From an uncultured Candidatus Saccharibacteria bacterium (lineage in GTDB: Bacteria; Patescibacteriota; Saccharimonadia; CAILAD01; JADZBC01): a stretch of DNA of 58,848 nt. Each line of letters begins with the position of its first letter. The first letter of the stretch is position 1. Under the pieces are notes generated by a model. The model was given only the letters and a program-made list of their open reading frames with translations, was not told the origin of the DNA and ran no database searches. Made by a program: the position numbers and the translations under genes. Shown in pieces: positions 8,642-19,526 of the stretch. The stretch covers positions 87,163 through 146,010 of the forward strand of contig CAYTBW010000001.1 in assembly GCA_964436255.1 (NCBI GenBank), written 5' to 3'.

Positions 8642-9670
8642 ATGGCAGAAAAACGCAAGCGCGCACTAATAACAGGAATTACCGGGCAAGATGGGTCCTA
8701 CCTGGCAGAACTATTACTTGAGAAAGGCTATGACGTCTACGGAATGATTCGCAGATCTAGCTCGTTCAACACGGGTCGAATTAACCACATTTACCAAGAT
8801 CCACACGAAAAGGACGTTAGGCTCAAACTTGTCTTTGGCGACCTTGCAGATTCGTCATCAATTAACCAGCTGCTGCGTGAAGTTAAGCCAGATGAAATCT
8901 ATAATCTTGGTGCACAAAGCCACGTTAAAGTCTCATTTGATATTCCGGAATATACTGGTGACGTAGTTGGTCTTGGTGCAACACGCATCTTAGAAGCGAT
9001 TCGTGAAAATGGATTAGACACCCGCTACTACCAAGCTTCATCGAGCGAAATGTATGGCAAGGTTCAGGCCGTTCCGCAAACGGAAGAGACTCCTTTCTAC
9101 CCCCGCTCCCCTTACGCAGTAGCCAAGCTTTACGCCCACTGGATTACCAAGAACTTCCGCGAAAGCTACGACATGTATGCATGTAGCGGCATCCTGTTCA
9201 ACCACGAATCCCCGCGCCGTGGTGAGACATTCGTGACCCGTAAGATTACTAAGGCAGTCGCCAACATCCAGGCTGGTTTGCAAGACAAGCTCTACCTTGG
9301 CAATATGGATGCTAAGCGTGATTGGGGCTATGCCAAAGAATATGTTGAAGCCATGTGGCTCATGCTACAGCAAGACAAAGCTGACGACTACGTAATCGCC
9401 ACTAATGAAACTCACACTGTTAAGGAATTTGTGGAGCATGCCTTTGCCCATGCTGGCCTGGACTGGAAGAAGCACGTCGAGGTAGATAAACGTTACTTCC
9501 GACCCGCAGAGGTCGACTTGCTCATTGGTGATGCGTCCAAGGCAAAGAAGCAACTCAACTGGGAGCCAAAAGTTACTTTTGAAGAACTCGTAAAGATAAT
9601 GGTTGACGCTGACGTAGCCGAGCTAAAAGAGAAGATGAGTGGCAAAGTAAACGTTGAGACCGCGCACTAG
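8642..9670 (+). CDS. gmd: GDP-mannose 4,6-dehydratase
   Basis: [47 protein letters not shown] (YxxxK) and NHESPRRG motifs. The start is set at the second ATG (8642), which has GGGGAG 4-5 nt upstream. The ORF track start is 8630. Confidence 0.95.
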   Translation: MAEKRKRALITGITGQDGSYLAELLLEKGYDVYGMIRRSSSFNTGRINHIYQDPHEKDVRLKLVFGDLADSSSINQLLREVKPDEIYNLGAQSHVKVSFDIPEYTGDVVGLGATRILEAIRENGLDTRYYQASSSEMYGKVQAVPQTEETPFYPRSPYAVAKLYAHWITKNFRESYDMYACSGILFNHESPRRGETFVTRKITKAVANIQAGLQDKLYLGNMDAKRDWGYAKEYVEAMWLMLQQDKADDYVIATNETHTVKEFVEHAFAHAGLDWKKHVEVDKRYFRPAEVDLLIGDASKAKKQLNWEPKVTFEELVKIMVDADVAELKEKMSGKVNVETAH

Positions 9671-9680
9671 GCACTAATAG

Positions 9681-10823
9681 CTACTTAGCTAGATTTTCGA
9701 TAATTTCAGAGAGCTGCCTAGCAGACTTGTCCCAGCTAAACTTTGCTGCCTGCTTTATGCCCTTCTCAATAAGGCCAGCCGACAGCCTCTTATCTGTTAA
9801 CACGCGTGCCATTTGCCCTGTAAGCCCAGTCGTATCTTTCGCGTCAACCATTATCCCCGCATCACCCACGACCTCAGGAAGAGACGAGTTATTCGATGTT
9901 ATTACCGGCGTTCCGCAAGCCATGGCCTCCAGCGGCGGCATTCCCCAGCCTTCGTAGAACGAAGGGAATACAAACAGCGATGCCCCAGAGTGTAGCGCCG
10001 GCAAGTCTTCATCCGGCACGTAGCCAGTAAGGATAATGTTTAGGTGCGAAAGCTCCTTGATACGTTTGTATATATCTTCGTTCTTCCAACCCTTTCCCCC
10101 TGCCAGCACAAGCGAATATTGTGCTTGTAGTTTTTCAGGGAGCTCCGCGTAAGCATTAAGCAGTCCAATAATATTCTTCCGAGGCTCTATTGTGCCGACG
10201 TACAAAATATATTGCCCACTAATACCGTATCTACTAGAAACTCGCCCCTGATCCTTCTTAGATCTTGGGTAGTATTCTGTATGATCAAGAGCCGGATTGA
10301 TCACCGCTATCTTGTCTGCCGATACATGATACCGGTCGATAATTTCACGCTTTGAGTTCTGAGAAATCGTAACAATTACGTCTGACTTCTTAATAGTAAT
10401 CGGGACTCGCTTCATAAGTAGTTGGCTATTCTTTTTATCGGCCTTGTCTTTGTGGGTTTCGTAAGACAGGTCGTAGACAAAGGAAATCGACTTTGCGCCA
10501 AAAAATAATGGCGGTCGGACGTAGTTGCCAAAGATGGCAACGTCTGGCTTTGTGGCGGTCATAATGTCTGCTGGTGGCACAAAGACTCTGCGGGAGAACA
10601 CATTATAAACTTTCGACGGCAGATACCGCACCATACGGTAGTGAACATTCTTCCATGACTTCCTGAATGGCTGTTTTAGCTTCTTGCCTACAAACAAAAA
10701 AGCGTATATATAGTAACTATTTTTTTTATCTTGCTCAAAAAGACCTTCGAATAGCTTATACAGGTATTGCCCTACGCCACTCCGCTGAATAAATAGAGGG
10801 CCTCCTTCAATTAAGACCTTCAT
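9681..10823 (-). CDS. Glycosyltransferase family 4
   Basis: 380 aa. PSFYEGWGMPPLEAMACGTPVITSNNSSLPEVVG. Paralogous to 7431-8576. Confidence 0.85.
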   Translation of the reverse strand: MKVLIEGGPLFIQRSGVGQYLYKLFEGLFEQDKKNSYYIYAFLFVGKKLKQPFRKSWKNVHYRMVRYLPSKVYNVFSRRVFVPPADIMTATKPDVAIFGNYVRPPLFFGAKSISFVYDLSYETHKDKADKKNSQLLMKRVPITIKKSDVIVTISQNSKREIIDRYHVSADKIAVINPALDHTEYYPRSKKDQGRVSSRYGISGQYILYVGTIEPRKNIIGLLNAYAELPEKLQAQYSLVLAGGKGWKNEDIYKRIKELSHLNIILTGYVPDEDLPALHSGASLFVFPSFYEGWGMPPLEAMACGTPVITSNNSSLPEVVGDAGIMVDAKDTTGLTGQMARVLTDKRLSAGLIEKGIKQAAKFSWDKSARQLSEIIENLAK

Positions 10824-11656
10824 CTATCTAATATTACCCTTAATAAGTAACCGACGCCTGACCGAGATTTTTTCTCTGGCAAGCGATTATTATGCTTTTC
10901 CCAAAATTGGGCTATAACCATTACTTTATAAAATGAAAAGAGGACGGAGATTAGTAGCCCCCTAAACCCATCGCGGTAACTCTTAGCCTTAAAATACCTA
11001 TTTCTAAACTCGCGGTATGGTATCAAGAAAATGTGACGACGCCGAAATTCATATCCTATCCCCTCTAAAGTTGATACCTCTTTTTCGCTATATGAGACAT
11101 ATGACCTTAAAAAGCCTGCAACTGTCATATACGACCGGGAGTAATGCTCGATTGCATACCCTTCTTCAGCAGGAAAGTAGTCTGCAACCCCCTTTGGGGC
11201 GGGTATATCATGCACCTTGTCAGACCAATTAAGATGCCCTTTTCTGAATAGCCTCGGGTGATAATCTGGCCAGAGCAAGTTCCCTTTCACCCATGCGCCA
11301 AAGACGATGTTCTTCTCTGGTATGTAGAATACGTCCGTAACGCCCTCGGAGACGCTCTGTTTAATGTGCGTTGCCAACTTCTCCCCAATCCTTTCGTCGG
11401 CATCAAGTACCAATACCCAGGGGTGCTTTGCTTTAGAGATCGCAAAATTCCTTGCTGGCTCAACGTAGCCCATTCGTTTATGTAAAAATACCTTAGCGCC
11501 TAGCTTCTCAGCAATAAGTGCAGTCTTATCATCCGAATGCATGTCTACTACAATAACCTCATCGGCCCAAGAAACGGATTCAATGCATTCTGATATATTC
11601 ACTTCTTCGTTGAGTGTGTTAATAACTACGCTGACAGATGTAATCTTGTTAGACAT
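10820..11656 (-). CDS. Glycosyltransferase family 2
   Basis: 278 aa. VSVVINTLNEE...VVDMHSDDKT...VLDADE (DxD) GT-A motifs. The TGA stop overlaps the next start (ATGA). Confidence 0.8.
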   Translation of the reverse strand: MSNKITSVSVVINTLNEEVNISECIESVSWADEVIVVDMHSDDKTALIAEKLGAKVFLHKRMGYVEPARNFAISKAKHPWVLVLDADERIGEKLATHIKQSVSEGVTDVFYIPEKNIVFGAWVKGNLLWPDYHPRLFRKGHLNWSDKVHDIPAPKGVADYFPAEEGYAIEHYSRSYMTVAGFLRSYVSYSEKEVSTLEGIGYEFRRRHIFLIPYREFRNRYFKAKSYRDGFRGLLISVLFSFYKVMVIAQFWEKHNNRLPEKKSRSGVGYLLRVILDR

Positions 11657-12521
11657 GTAAACTCCAGTACACCCTAACTATACTATAGGTTGCTAGTGTC
11701 TGTATCGAACAAAGATACCGCTTCTTCTTAAGTGCCAGCTTAAAGAGGTCCTTCTGGTCTCCTAGGAACTGCTTTAAGATTATAGTGTCCACAGCGTATA
11801 CTCTTGCGTGACGCAATGCAGACACTAACCCTAGGGGCGGCGGGCAACTATTGGCCCACATACCGTCACGAATTTTACCTGAGGATTCCTGCTGAGTAGT
11901 GGCGTGAGTTACTGACACCCCTGAAGCATTCATGCGGTAGCTATAGAGCAACTCTGGAACAATCTGCACCTCATCATTAGGGAGGTTTGCCCAAAGGGCG
12001 TAGTCTTCGGCTGGGCCAACTTTGCTAGAGTAGTAGCGTGGCCCTTTAATCCTATATTTCTCGAACATTACCGAGCCATGGACCAGGCTGTTACCCAGGA
12101 AGAGCCTCCTTGAAACATCTCTACTGAGGTATGGGGCCTTATAAGCCCTGGTGTACCTACCGGCCTCATCAATGTTCTTCGCAAAGGTACCGCAGACTGA
12201 AGACAAAGAAGCCTTCATCACTTCGACCTGTCTTTCAAGTCTTGTAGGGGCACTTAGGTCATCGCCATCTTGTCTAGCAATATACTTGCCCCTCGCCTTT
12301 GCTATCCCCTCATTTAGAGAGGCAACCAGGCCTTTGTTCTCTCTGCTTATTAGTACTATGCGTGGGTCTTTATACTTCTTTATTACCTTTAGCGTATTAT
12401 CGGTTGATCCGTCGTTGATGATGATAAATTCAAAATCAGTAAATGTTTGGCCCAATATCGAATCTATGGCCTTAGCAACATATCCCTCACAGTTGTAAAC
12501 GCTCATTACTACAGAGACCAT
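11649..12521 (-). CDS. Glycosyltransferase family 2
   Basis: VSVVMSVYNCEGYV...IIINDGSTDNT...RQDGDD motifs. The start is moved to the internal ATG at 12521, which has AAGGTG 5 nt upstream and avoids overlap with the upstream gene. Confidence 0.8.
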   Translation of the reverse strand: MVSVVMSVYNCEGYVAKAIDSILGQTFTDFEFIIINDGSTDNTLKVIKKYKDPRIVLISRENKGLVASLNEGIAKARGKYIARQDGDDLSAPTRLERQVEVMKASLSSVCGTFAKNIDEAGRYTRAYKAPYLSRDVSRRLFLGNSLVHGSVMFEKYRIKGPRYYSSKVGPAEDYALWANLPNDEVQIVPELLYSYRMNASGVSVTHATTQQESSGKIRDGMWANSCPPPLGLVSALRHARVYAVDTIILKQFLGDQKDLFKLALKKKRYLCSIQTLATYSIVRVYWSLHV

Positions 12522-12565
12522 TGGTGCACCTTGTCGTCTAGACGCTTGGGCTTGCACTAATACCA

Positions 12566-13732
12566 CTATCTTCCTGCCCTTTCTTGGACCCATTTGCCTA
12601 AAGCTGTGCCAGGCTGCTCTATGAACATATAAGTGAGATTAGCCAGTGGGGTCACTATAGCAAGGGTAATAAGCACGGTTAAAAGGTATAGGATAGTCGC
12701 CTCTAAGCCTGTTGAAGCAGGACCGAACAGCCCTATTAAGCCCTTGCCGACCACAGGTATACATAGGAAGTGCAATAAATATACCGAGAAGCTAACTTTT
12801 CCAAGCGCACCCCAATATTTGTTTACAAAAAATCTTAACGGTCGCAACATTATGCCATACATAATGAGCGCCAACGGTATTGAGAACAAAATGGAGTTTG
12901 AATACTTGCTCAGAGTCATCCATATTGCGATTACTATGCCCGCCGTAAGCGCAGGCATAGCGTATTCGGTAGTATGCAGATCTCCATCGGTGCCCTTATT
13001 TTGTTCAAAGATATAAAATAACAAGATGCCTAACGCAAAGACCGGAATTTGAGTAGGCAAGAAAAGGAAGATAAAATTTGCCCAAGCTTGCGGCGTGAAT
13101 AGTGCTGGTAGTGGGTTGTCGACTAGCTGCACAACAGCCGCAAAGGAACTTGTTATAATCAAGAACCATATAGCGGCGTGCGTGCTTTTAACAAATCTGT
13201 ATATCAAGGGCACCAACGCATAGAAAAGCACCTCTACCCCAACTGACCACCCACCAGGAACAAGGCTATTGATATGGTTTGGCCAAAGGCCATGAGCAAA
13301 GGAAATGTGAGTCAGATAGTTGCTTAGTGAGAAATTCTGAGCGTCTGCAAGAAAGCCTATGCGCTCGGCAATCCCACTGCCGTATATCAATATGGCAAGA
13401 TAAAACATTGGGGCGATCCTGAAGAAACGGCGAATAAAAAAGCCTTGCCATTTGAAGTCTGAGTAGCTATTCTTGCTCTTCCGTAAGGAATAAAAGATTG
13501 AAAAAGCGCTCACGATGAAGAACAATTGCACGCCTCGCGCACCACTGATGGCAATATTATTGATAGGGCCGGGTAGTTGATTTGCGAACGGAGCTGAGGC
13601 ATGAACGAATATTACACCGAGCACTGCCCAGCCGCGTAAGGCATCTAAGAACATTAGTCTTTGGGTAGCGACCGAGCCATCAAAGTTCTGCCCTATGCTT
13701 TTACTCGAGTATTTGTTTGAGTTACTGTGCAT
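12566..13732 (-). CDS. Acyltransferase family 3 (OafA/YrhL-type membrane O-acyltransferase)
   Basis: 388 aa with about 10 TM helices. FLDALRGWAVLGVIFVHA N-terminal motif. Confidence 0.8.
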   Translation of the reverse strand: MHSNSNKYSSKSIGQNFDGSVATQRLMFLDALRGWAVLGVIFVHASAPFANQLPGPINNIAISGARGVQLFFIVSAFSIFYSLRKSKNSYSDFKWQGFFIRRFFRIAPMFYLAILIYGSGIAERIGFLADAQNFSLSNYLTHISFAHGLWPNHINSLVPGGWSVGVEVLFYALVPLIYRFVKSTHAAIWFLIITSSFAAVVQLVDNPLPALFTPQAWANFIFLFLPTQIPVFALGILLFYIFEQNKGTDGDLHTTEYAMPALTAGIVIAIWMTLSKYSNSILFSIPLALIMYGIMLRPLRFFVNKYWGALGKVSFSVYLLHFLCIPVVGKGLIGLFGPASTGLEATILYLLTVLITLAIVTPLANLTYMFIEQPGTALGKWVQERAGR

Positions 13733-15212
13733 CTTTGAGCCTAATAGAGGTAAGGGAATAGTACTTTGCCATATCGATATTGAACCAGTCTGTACTGTTT
13801 GAAGTTAGCTTTGCCAATGGATATATATCTGGCAATTCTGTATCGACAGAAATATCCTTACCAGCTTCAAGCTTCGCACGAACCTCCTTCTCCCTTGCAA
13901 AAAATGCAATCCGATAGTTCAGAACATTTTGGGTAACTTGATAGTAGTAAGACTTAAAATTGAGAAATCCAAACAGAGACAAGGAAGTAAGCACCAATAC
14001 CAATATCAATACTTTTCTTTGGCTCCAAACTCCGATCAAGCAAGCTGCTAAGTAACCAAATGCCAAAGGTATCCCCGTCAATAAGAATGAGAGTGGCGCA
14101 AGCGTCCGAGTGGGTATGTCTCGAGTTGCATAGTGAGAGGGGAAAATAGAAACAACTGACAGCAGAAGGGATGATGCCAATAAATATGAAAGCAGTGAGA
14201 ATAGCCTTTTTATGACTATTACTCTTCTTTCGGCCTTACGGCTGTTGGCCATTTTTAAGAAGATAATCCCGACACACAATCCAACGGCAAAGAGGATTAT
14301 TAATATACCCCAATGTTCAACAACGGCTACAGAGAAGTAATTAAAAATCGCCATTAAAGATGCTTTTAGTGACTCCTGGATACTCTCACTTGGACTAAGG
14401 AGTGCAATCCTTCTTTGTGTGCCTGGAGCAAAATATTGCAAAGAAAACGCAAGTAATAATAGTCCTGCGAGATACGGATATAACCTCCTTGGCTCTGCGA
14501 GCAAACGTTTTCTTTCTAGCGACAAATGGTCGATTGCCAAGAAGCTGGATGCATATATTACCGCGAGGGCTATTAGCCCTATTAGGGCGATACTTTCTGA
14601 AGCAAGGGCAGCCAAAAATATTACAGCTAAACCTATGTAGCGGGCTGTATTTCCCTTAAGGCCAAGCCTCGTGTGCATTAAGGCGTATCCTGCGCCGATG
14701 ATATATAGGGGTAGGAAGTATATAAATAAGCCAGGAGCCCATAAGGTAAGTTGATATTGTTCTGGTGAAAGGACGATGCTCCCCACAAAGGCTGTCGTCA
14801 CAGTAGCCAATGAGGCCATGAGTATTACTGTCTTAGGGCTAGTGCTATGCCAACTTTTATATAATAGATAAGTGGAAGTTGTTACAAAAAACAAGATCAA
14901 AGTAGTGACCCCAACGAGCAGTACGCCCGTGTGACCGGGGCCAAACATATGCACTAACGAAATAAGCGCCGTAGACCCAAGTCTACCTGTAAACGACTCT
15001 GTAGGACTTGCATACCAACTATACTGGGCGCCAACTATACCATAGTCGTCCACCCTACGAGCGTAGGCAAAGTCATCCGCGACATAAACAACATTGTGAA
15101 GATTACGAAAGTACAAGAAGAGCGCAATGCCAGCAAGGGCCGCAACAAATGCAAGAGCAGCGAATAGTATTCTCTTCGAGGTTAGGTTTTTCAAGTATGT
15201 CCCCTTAGCCAT
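13722..15212 (-). CDS. Polytopic membrane protein of unknown family (possible GT-C-like transferase or polymerase)
   Basis: 496-aa ORF with about 12 hydrophobic helices and no motif I can name. The call rests on its context inside the glycan cluster. Confidence 0.5.
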   Translation of the reverse strand: MAKGTYLKNLTSKRILFAALAFVAALAGIALFLYFRNLHNVVYVADDFAYARRVDDYGIVGAQYSWYASPTESFTGRLGSTALISLVHMFGPGHTGVLLVGVTTLILFFVTTSTYLLYKSWHSTSPKTVILMASLATVTTAFVGSIVLSPEQYQLTLWAPGLFIYFLPLYIIGAGYALMHTRLGLKGNTARYIGLAVIFLAALASESIALIGLIALAVIYASSFLAIDHLSLERKRLLAEPRRLYPYLAGLLLLAFSLQYFAPGTQRRIALLSPSESIQESLKASLMAIFNYFSVAVVEHWGILIILFAVGLCVGIIFLKMANSRKAERRVIVIKRLFSLLSYLLASSLLLSVVSIFPSHYATRDIPTRTLAPLSFLLTGIPLAFGYLAACLIGVWSQRKVLILVLVLTSLSLFGFLNFKSYYYQVTQNVLNYRIAFFAREKEVRAKLEAGKDISVDTELPDIYPLAKLTSNSTDWFNIDMAKYYSLTSIRLKDAQ

Positions 15213-15939
15213 TTTGAGCCTTCTCAGCTACGACCACTATCGACGTCCCAAATGGGAAATTTAAATACCTAAGCATCCATGCCTCCAAATATAAAAGCCA
15301 CGTAAAGAGAGTGTTAATTGCCCCTGGGAGCATAACATATGACGACTCCCGCTTTCTACCGGTTATACTACTTAATAGCCTATGCAAAACAATTAGTGGG
15401 AAGGAAAAAACTATCGCATAGGACCTCTTCTTCATAACATAGCCGGACCTGGATACTAACATATGAACCTGAGAAGCGGTATATCTCCTTTGGTGGTGTA
15501 GCCTCTCGTCATGCTCGCTCCAAAGCCACTGGTACGCAGGAACTGTCATCACCAATTTTCCTCCAGGCTTCAGTACACGTAGCCACTCCACTAGAGCCTC
15601 ATAGTCAAGCTCGATATGCTCAAGAACATCTAGCGCGATTACCAAGTCAAACCGCTTGTCTTTGTAAGGTAGCCGTTTGCCATTATAGCCCCTAACGTTC
15701 CTCAGGCCCTTTTGCTTACAAAAATTAATAGCCTCTTCCGAAACGTCTACGTTATAAACCTCTCCATACCTGCTAAGCAAGCCCACGGTGCCACCTGTTC
15801 CACAGCCTATATTTAGAATGTCGTTATCAGTGGAAGACGTATTGATATCAAGCTGCTTCTGCACAATCTTAATTCGGCCGCGATGCCACCAGTAAACCTC
15901 TTCCATTTTTGCCATTTCGGCGTACTCATTCTTCATCAT
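15205..15939 (-). CDS. Class I SAM-dependent methyltransferase
   Basis: ILNIGCGTGG motif I and DLVIALDVLEH motif. The start is set at ATG 15939 (MMKNEY...), 4 nt after the upstream stop. The longer track ORF overlaps the upstream gene. Confidence 0.8.
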   Translation of the reverse strand: MMKNEYAEMAKMEEVYWWHRGRIKIVQKQLDINTSSTDNDILNIGCGTGGTVGLLSRYGEVYNVDVSEEAINFCKQKGLRNVRGYNGKRLPYKDKRFDLVIALDVLEHIELDYEALVEWLRVLKPGGKLVMTVPAYQWLWSEHDERLHHQRRYTASQVHMLVSRSGYVMKKRSYAIVFSFPLIVLHRLLSSITGRKRESSYVMLPGAINTLFTWLLYLEAWMLRYLNFPFGTSIVVVAEKAQNG

Positions 15940-15943
15940 AAGC

Positions 15944-16816
15944 CTAGATCCTTTGCCACGATTCCGGCACCACGTCGCTAGTATTAATCGATGGGTCATT
16001 GAACCATTGCTTGGGAGCAATAACAACCTTAGCTTCATTAGTGTTAAGCCATGCACCCCACCAGCTAAAGCTGCTGTTGGCGAGCACATTGTGCCTACAC
16101 GACTTCATGAGCCGCATATCCTCTGCGCCGTCTTTATTCCAGTCTACATAGGTAGTATTGTGTTTAAACTTAAGGTTTGCTTTGCACCAATCAGGATCGT
16201 CTGAAAATACGTAGTAGCTTGGGTTTTTTACTGACTTTTCAATAATTTTTGTCGCGGCCTGGTAGTAATCAACCCCCCTTAGTCCGTGGAAATCCGCTGC
16301 GTTTTCGTTGCTAACATAGTCTCCCCTGCGAACATGTATAGACACAGAGTTTTCGTCTTTAGCTATAGTCTCTAGCAGCCTCTTATTCTTGCCTGTTGCT
16401 GGCTTAGCCCATTTGAAGTCAACTAGGAGTTCCTGCCGAATATGTGCAAAGTACTTCTCGGACTGAAAGTAGCCATCCAAATACGTATTGTTGGGTTGAC
16501 CCAAAAAGTCGCTGGCGTAATGATAGTGGGGTTCGCGGTATAGCTTTAGTGCCTTCCTTCCAAATGCCGGGGCCACGAATGCCTTAGCCTTGCTGGCTGT
16601 GCCGGGGCCGGCAAAGAAGGGCTTAAAATCTATAAAATCCTGCTTTAGGCTAAACGAATTAAGCTCATAGTGACGGGGTGTGTCGCCTGGAGCTATCTGG
16701 TCAAACCACGACCTATCCATTTGTATGTCGGTGCCTAGTTTGGCTGCCAGACCCTTGGCTGCAGCATACTCGAACATCTGGTTCCCTAGTCCGCCAACTA
16801 ATTTAACTACAATCAC
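15944..16816 (-). CDS. Glycosyltransferase family 11 alpha-1,2-fucosyltransferase
   Basis: GGLGNQMFEYAAAKGLA and HVRRGDY motifs characteristic of GT11 (FutC/WbsJ type). GTG start overlapping the upstream TGA. Confidence 0.85.
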   Translation of the reverse strand: MIVVKLVGGLGNQMFEYAAAKGLAAKLGTDIQMDRSWFDQIAPGDTPRHYELNSFSLKQDFIDFKPFFAGPGTASKAKAFVAPAFGRKALKLYREPHYHYASDFLGQPNNTYLDGYFQSEKYFAHIRQELLVDFKWAKPATGKNKRLLETIAKDENSVSIHVRRGDYVSNENAADFHGLRGVDYYQAATKIIEKSVKNPSYYVFSDDPDWCKANLKFKHNTTYVDWNKDGAEDMRLMKSCRHNVLANSSFSWWGAWLNTNEAKVVIAPKQWFNDPSINTSDVVPESWQRI

Positions 16817-17979
16817 TTTGTTTTACCCCTATATATTACTAAGTACTTCCTAGCCAGTATATCCCAGCTATAGTTTGCCTTCCAGTTCTTGTAGCCTTCC
16901 TTGGCTAACTCTGCCAGTTTTTTATCATCCCTTAGCATGTCCTTGAGCAGCTCTGCCGATTGCATAATATTAGCATGTGAATTTCCAATCTCGTCCTTCG
17001 CTGTAGGCATAATGACTCCTCCTTTGGTCCATTCTGCTATCTCAGTAGCATTACCCACGTCGGTGCTCATAAACGGTGTCTTTGCCGCACAAGCTTCAAA
17101 AAGTACGAGCGGTGATGCCTCTATATTCGATGGAAAGAGGAACAAGTCCGCCTCTTCGAGCAGGCTAACTGTTGCTGGCCGATCTAGCTGAGTAACTATA
17201 ACCCGTCTTTTAGCTCGAATGTTGCTGGGCTTTAAGTTGAATAGCATAGCTTGGGCTTGGCACTTTTTATAAAGCTTCCTGTCAAAAACATTACCGACAA
17301 GAACAAGTGTAGCTTGCTTAAGCTTTGCTCCTGCAAAGATCTTAATGGCTTCAGGCTGACCCTTCTGCCCCGTGAAGCTACCGAGTTGCATAATCAATTT
17401 ACTATTTGAGGGAACTCTAAGCTGCTTCCTTACATTCAATGTTTTTTTACCAAACTCCCTCTCGTCGGCACCATTAGGGATTATATGTATATTGAGTACG
17501 CCGTGCTCTTTGGCAAAAACCGTATCTCGATAGGTAGGAGAGAGATAGACCGTGGCGTCGAACTTTTTAAGTAAGGTTGGCATTGCTTTGAAGTAGTCTT
17601 TATACATCGGATCGTGGAGTCCAGAAAAACCACAGGGTACAAACACCTTCCGTGCTTTTATTTTGTCCATAACTTCCAGATATAGGTCAGTTGCCCACTG
17701 TTGAGCGGCATAGTCCATAATCACATCAAAACTATTTGAAAGTAGAAAATCCTTGTATCTCTGAGTGTCGCCTATATATCCACGCACCGCATTACCGGAA
17801 ATATCGAACTCAACAATCTTCACGCCATTGAACTCCTTGAAGTCACGCTCGGCCAGTTTCGAAGTAGCTACCGTTACTTCATGGCCTAGCTCGACCATCC
17901 GTTCAGAAAGCTGCTTAACCACCTCCTGCGAACCGCCTTTGGATGGATGGTAGAATTCTACTGTATGGAGTATCTTCAC
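16813..17979 (-). CDS. Glycosyltransferase family 4 (GT1-fold)
   Basis: 388 aa. N-terminal KILHTVEFYHPSKGGSQEVV and C-terminal FPSNIEASPLVLFEACAAKTPF. Confidence 0.8.
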   Translation of the reverse strand: MKILHTVEFYHPSKGGSQEVVKQLSERMVELGHEVTVATSKLAERDFKEFNGVKIVEFDISGNAVRGYIGDTQRYKDFLLSNSFDVIMDYAAQQWATDLYLEVMDKIKARKVFVPCGFSGLHDPMYKDYFKAMPTLLKKFDATVYLSPTYRDTVFAKEHGVLNIHIIPNGADEREFGKKTLNVRKQLRVPSNSKLIMQLGSFTGQKGQPEAIKIFAGAKLKQATLVLVGNVFDRKLYKKCQAQAMLFNLKPSNIRAKRRVIVTQLDRPATVSLLEEADLFLFPSNIEASPLVLFEACAAKTPFMSTDVGNATEIAEWTKGGVIMPTAKDEIGNSHANIMQSAELLKDMLRDDKKLAELAKEGYKNWKANYSWDILARKYLVIYRGKTK

Positions 17980-17982
17980 GGT

Positions 17983-18852
17983 TTAATTATATAGGAGTCG
18001 GGCATGCAAAGAAGTAGCTTTTGCCGCCAATTTGTAGATAATCTGATTCAACCCATGGCTCATCGTAGCGATAAAATAATATGCAGCCGACAGTGCTCTA
18101 AGCGAGGCCCCTTTATTATCCTTATCAACTTTTTTGGCTACGCTCTTGTAGACACTCACTAATCTCTTCGTCGCAAGCAATTCTCCTGCGCGACTGATAT
18201 TACTATCATGAACCCTATATAGAACGTTTGGAGATACTTGGTAAGCAATCTTGCCTTTCGCAGCTATTCGCAGCCAAAGTTCATAGTCCTCTACGGCCTT
18301 TAGCTCAGGCTTTTCGTCGAAACCGTCCATCTGCACAAGAGTATCTCTTCTAGCGACTGTAGCCGAGGTGCAAATGAAGTTATTCTTTAAGAGCTCGCTA
18401 TAGCCAGGTTCCCTAGGCAGTAATTGCTCTATTACTACCAGTCCGCCCATCTTTATGCCTTTTGCATCAATCTTCTCAGCGTTCGAGGACACCAAAATCA
18501 CTTTGGGGTCACGGTTGAGTATCTCTATTTGTCCTTTTAGCTTAGCGGGTAGCCATATGTCGTCGGAATCCAGAAAAGCCACGTATTCGCCTTTGGCCTT
18601 TTTTAGGCCAATGTTTCGAGGTACTGCTGGACGACCACTATTCTCAATTTTGTGATATATGACTCTCTCGCCATACCCTTCTACAACAGCCTGTGTGTTG
18701 TCTGTTGACCCGTCGTCGACTACGATAATCTCTTGTTGAAAAAGACTTCCGGCTCCTTTTTGAGCCAATACGCTATCTAGTGTAGCAGCTAAGTACTCTG
18801 CGGAATTGTAGCTTGGTATAACTACAGAGACTAACGGCTTTTTTTTGCCCAC
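17983..18852 (-). CDS. Glycosyltransferase family 2
   Basis: VSVVIPSYNSAEYL...VVDDGSTDNT...FLDSDD motifs. Confidence 0.85.
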   Translation of the reverse strand: MGKKKPLVSVVIPSYNSAEYLAATLDSVLAQKGAGSLFQQEIIVVDDGSTDNTQAVVEGYGERVIYHKIENSGRPAVPRNIGLKKAKGEYVAFLDSDDIWLPAKLKGQIEILNRDPKVILVSSNAEKIDAKGIKMGGLVVIEQLLPREPGYSELLKNNFICTSATVARRDTLVQMDGFDEKPELKAVEDYELWLRIAAKGKIAYQVSPNVLYRVHDSNISRAGELLATKRLVSVYKSVAKKVDKDNKGASLRALSAAYYFIATMSHGLNQIIYKLAAKATSLHARLLYN

Positions 18853-19490
18853 GTCTTTGCCAGTTGAGTGTCAAAATCTTTCAACCAAGTCTTTAGTAGG
18901 TCTTGCTCGCCCTTTGAGTCATCAAGAGTGAAGTTATGCAAGTAAGCTTTTGCGGACTTGCGAGCACCTACCTGACTAATTGAGGACTGCTTGATGGCAA
19001 TAACTTCTATATTATGAGTCTTCTTCCAAGAGTTTCTTTTTACCTTCACGACACTGAAGCCCATTGCCTCAAGGGCAGTCTTTAAAAGTTTCTCAGACCA
19101 ACCTTCGTAATGAACTGCCCAATGAGCCTCGTTAGATCCAAATATGTGCCTGAGCGCCACGCCCTTTGCGCGCTCTGAGGATCGGGGGTTAAGGGCGACC
19201 AATGCGGTCCTGTTAAAATCTGGCACTTCGATGTGTAAGGTGCCGCCATCGGCCAACCAGGAATTCCACGAGGCCAATAGTGCGATCGCGTCCTGTCGCA
19301 AGAAGTGCTCGAAAACATGATGCAGCCTAACCTCCTCAATACTCTTCTCAGGATATCTCAACTTCGTGAGGTCAGCGAGCTTATCGGCGACAGACTTGGT
19401 CTGAACCGAGTGTTCCGTTAGTGGATAGTCGATATTGACGTACCCCTCCATATATCTTTGTCCACAACCAAGATGCAACTTCCTACTCAT
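18831..19490 (-). CDS. SAM-dependent methyltransferase (type 11/23-like)
   Basis: 219 aa. KLHLGCGQRYMEGYVNID and LHHVFEHF motifs. Confidence 0.7.
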   Translation of the reverse strand: MSRKLHLGCGQRYMEGYVNIDYPLTEHSVQTKSVADKLADLTKLRYPEKSIEEVRLHHVFEHFLRQDAIALLASWNSWLADGGTLHIEVPDFNRTALVALNPRSSERAKGVALRHIFGSNEAHWAVHYEGWSEKLLKTALEAMGFSVVKVKRNSWKKTHNIEVIAIKQSSISQVGARKSAKAYLHNFTLDDSKGEQDLLKTWLKDFDTQLAKTWAKKSR

Positions 19491-19526
19491 GCGTACTTCC
19501 TTCCCTTTGAGTTAGACAACCAACCA